NCBI GenBank assembly: GCA_051941275.1
Contig: JAVEBF010000020.1
Coordinates: 1-51,919 of the forward strand
Length of the DNA: 51,919 bases
Direction: 5' to 3'
Source: Dirinaria sp. TL-2023a
Taxonomy: Eukaryota
Notes under the pieces: generated by a model
The model's input: only the letters and a program-made list of their open reading frames with translations
Told to the model about the DNA's origin: nothing
The model's database searches: none
Translations under genes and position numbers: made by a program
In this document: positions 49,378-51,919 of the stretch, in pieces
How the letters are laid out: the number at the start of each line of letters is the position of its first letter
How positions within the stretch are numbered: the first letter of the stretch is position 1

Positions 49378-51663
49378 ATGTTACACGAACTCCTCCTCGC
49401 TCTCTCTGGCCATCCTTCACCTCTTCTCGATAAATCATTAGAGAAACATGGGCCCCTCCAAGCCCATTTATCACCTGCGGAGTCAACGCTATTGCAATCG
49501 CTAGCTCAGGATCTGGGTAAGAAGCACGTTGAAATCCGGCAGAATGCCGCAGAGATCGGCGAGAAACACTCATCTATCGTCTGCCGAGCAGTGGCCACCG
49601 CCATCACCTGGACCCACTTGGCCAAGTTCCAGCAAGCAATCCTAGACGTAGAGAAAGACATACTGGAAGAAAACCCTAGCATCGTCGGAGCTTACAAGAT
49701 TGTGCCCCTTTCCGGAGTGGTGGGAGCATTCGATGGGTGGAGTCGCAAGCTACAATGGCTACTGGATCTCGTCAATTTCATCAAGAGCACAGAAGGATCA
49801 AAGCAGGGCGCGGACACTGTATCCTGCACCGCTGCTCACTTGATGAAATGGCTGCGAGATTCGACACATACTGGTTATGAAGATATCGAGCAACTTTCGT
49901 ACCAGCTGATCGGCGTTGCTGAGATGGCATGGCTGAGGCAGGTTTCCGTTTGGGTGCTGTATGGGAAACTTCCGACTCCGGCAGCGCAGGACTTCTTCGT
50001 GCACAGAAAGGCGGCTTTGGGAGGGCAGAGCACAGTAGGCGATGAGTATGAGATCAAACATGATCTGGTGCCGAGTTTCGTGACTCCGTCTACCGCCGAC
50101 TCGGTCCTCTTCATCGGCAAATCCTTGAACCATATCCGAGACCGAGCCTCAGCTGTTGACTACGGATGGTCAAAATCACAGTCTCCTGAATTGGTATTGC
50201 TCAAAGATCATTTGGCGCAGCTGTCCTCACTCCAGCCCCCAATCAGCGCAACCAACTTTTCAGCGGCCATATCTGCAATCCGTTTGTCCCTTTCCAAGAA
50301 CGCTTTGCAAAAGCTGCTGCCCATATCCAAAGTTCTCGAGATCCTTCGCATTCTTCGGGGCTTTTTTCTTCTTGAGCGTGGCGAATTTGCAATTGCGCTC
50401 ATCACAGCTGCCGATCAGCGGCTAGCTTCGAGACAGAGTCACTTAGCAAGCCAAATGGACCATAGAAGCCTCGACGGCCTGAAAGGCGTTATCATCAAAG
50501 AAGGCGAAGTCGCGGCTGTCCTAGCTCAGACGTGGGGTGCTATGGTTGCTTTGCAGGGGGTCGACGATGAAGACATGGATGAGGATCTGGAGATGGCTCG
50601 CGATTGCATTCGTCTTTCAATCTCATCATTTAGTCCTACCCTCTCTTCGGAAACAGCCACGGCTCAAGATGCTACAACTGCCACGTTTAATGATCTATTG
50701 CTTTCCACACCCACGGCTTTAAGCCTACGCATTATTTCTCCCCTAGACCTCTTCCTGAACTCGTCTGATGTGGACAACTATTCCCGTATCCATTCCTACC
50801 TCCTCTCAATCCGCCGCGCTCATACACGCCTTAGCAGAACATTTCTTCTTTCTGCTCTCCGACGACATCACCCTTCGCCGAAAGCCCCTGCACTTGGCGG
50901 CCCACACGAAGAAGCCGTGTCGCTGGAGCGGATAAGGCAGAGGTCGAACCAGCGTACCCAGAAACTCCGACCGATATGGGCAACCATAAGCTCTGCAGCT
51001 CTGTTTGTGGCAGAACTAGGCGAGTACTTCCAAGGCGCCACCATCAAATCATCCTGGGAGGACTTCCAAGCTTGGCTTGATCCCCAATCCCAGGATAGCG
51101 GCAGTCGACCAGGCACCTCCTCATCCCTCAACTCTGGCTCCGGTTCCGTGAATCCTCGCACGCCGACTTCATCACGGAGATCTGTACATCCCCGCTCTGA
51201 ACCTCTTCACGATCCAGAAAGCCTCGCGCAGGCCCATCGCACCTATCTCTCATCTCTAACGCAATCCCTCCTCCTTCTCGATCAGGGATTCACCTCCGAA
51301 CTACGGTCCTTCATGACCTCAGTGGATCACATCTCGGCACTGATGAACCGTCTCGACAGCACGATCCAGAATCTCGATCTGGAGATGGACACGGGTGTCG
51401 TTGACCATCTCAGCAACCACGCCGCCGAAGAGAAAGACATCATGGTCCAACTGACGGCATCGAGCCGCAAGGTCGCAGAGGGTGTGGCCAGACTCCTCGA
51501 GGCGTTAAAGCGGATCGATAGTCAGAAATTCGAGGGCGATGTCGAGAATTTGAGTTTGAGGGACGAAGGCGAAGACGTCTTTGTGCCCCGGGCGAGCAGC
51601 GGCGGCGGCGGTGGCGGCGGCGTGGATCTCCTGCTGCTGAAGCTGGATTGGGGGAAGGCATGA
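49378..51663 (+). CDS. GCP4: Gamma-tubulin complex component GCP4-like (Spc97/Spc98 family), 761 aa, single exon
   Basis: N-terminus MLHELLLALSGH is characteristic of GCP4; WVLYGKLP, SVLFIGKSL, FFLLERGEFA, PLDLFL, YSRIHSYLLSIRRA, C-terminal LLLKLDW. Confidence 0.9.
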   Translation: MLHELLLALSGHPSPLLDKSLEKHGPLQAHLSPAESTLLQSLAQDLGKKHVEIRQNAAEIGEKHSSIVCRAVATAITWTHLAKFQQAILDVEKDILEENPSIVGAYKIVPLSGVVGAFDGWSRKLQWLLDLVNFIKSTEGSKQGADTVSCTAAHLMKWLRDSTHTGYEDIEQLSYQLIGVAEMAWLRQVSVWVLYGKLPTPAAQDFFVHRKAALGGQSTVGDEYEIKHDLVPSFVTPSTADSVLFIGKSLNHIRDRASAVDYGWSKSQSPELVLLKDHLAQLSSLQPPISATNFSAAISAIRLSLSKNALQKLLPISKVLEILRILRGFFLLERGEFAIALITAADQRLASRQSHLASQMDHRSLDGLKGVIIKEGEVAAVLAQTWGAMVALQGVDDEDMDEDLEMARDCIRLSISSFSPTLSSETATAQDATTATFNDLLLSTPTALSLRIISPLDLFLNSSDVDNYSRIHSYLLSIRRAHTRLSRTFLLSALRRHHPSPKAPALGGPHEEAVSLERIRQRSNQRTQKLRPIWATISSAALFVAELGEYFQGATIKSSWEDFQAWLDPQSQDSGSRPGTSSSLNSGSGSVNPRTPTSSRRSVHPRSEPLHDPESLAQAHRTYLSSLTQSLLLLDQGFTSELRSFMTSVDHISALMNRLDSTIQNLDLEMDTGVVDHLSNHAAEEKDIMVQLTASSRKVAEGVARLLEALKRIDSQKFEGDVENLSLRDEGEDVFVPRASSGGGGGGGVDLLLLKLDWGKA

Positions 51664-51919
51664 GCAGCGATCTTTATGACCATATCACTCACGATGACGT
51701 AAATAAATGAAATGATCGGTGAAAAAAAAAAGTTGTAGCAGAGCGGCTTTTCGGTAATTTCATTCAGAGCGCGAGTATCGATATCTCATCACCACCAAAG
51801 TAAGATCTTACCTATCTGAACCAGAGTAGAGATTCTCTAGTAAATGGGTGCCCTTGCGGGGGCATGAATTTATTATTCCTATGCGCTCTCCTTAGCAGGA
51901 AGAAGGGGGGGGGGGGGGG

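Overview
Eukaryotic DNA from a filamentous ascomycete (Pezizomycotina-type genes, short GT-AG introns with CTRAY branch points). I reconstructed 14 protein-coding genes by hand: an RTA1-family membrane protein, two hypothetical proteins, a PflX-like radical SAM protein, a secreted GMC oxidoreductase with a long Ser/Thr tail, MCM6 (with a GC-AG intron), an 18-intron Rad5/Rad16-type SNF2-RING ATPase, a VCX1-type Ca2+/H+ exchanger, IML1 (SEACIT/GATOR1), a secreted/GPI-like protein, a fructosamine-kinase-family protein, a small membrane protein, an orphan with C-terminal repeats, and gamma-tubulin complex GCP4. Most of the window is ordinary housekeeping genome. The most unusual feature is in the AT-rich, low-complexity first 2 kb: a 566-bp non-coding foldback element (408-973) with ~108-bp terminal inverted repeats, TATATATA on both flanks, and an interior organised as two abutting ~45-bp-arm hairpins, so that it can fold into a Y-shaped three-way junction. 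Next to it is a duplicated ~50-bp unit with RIP-type CpA>TpA differences. No tRNA, rRNA, CRISPR array or intact transposase was seen. Product calls come from motif recognition only; no database search or folding program was run.
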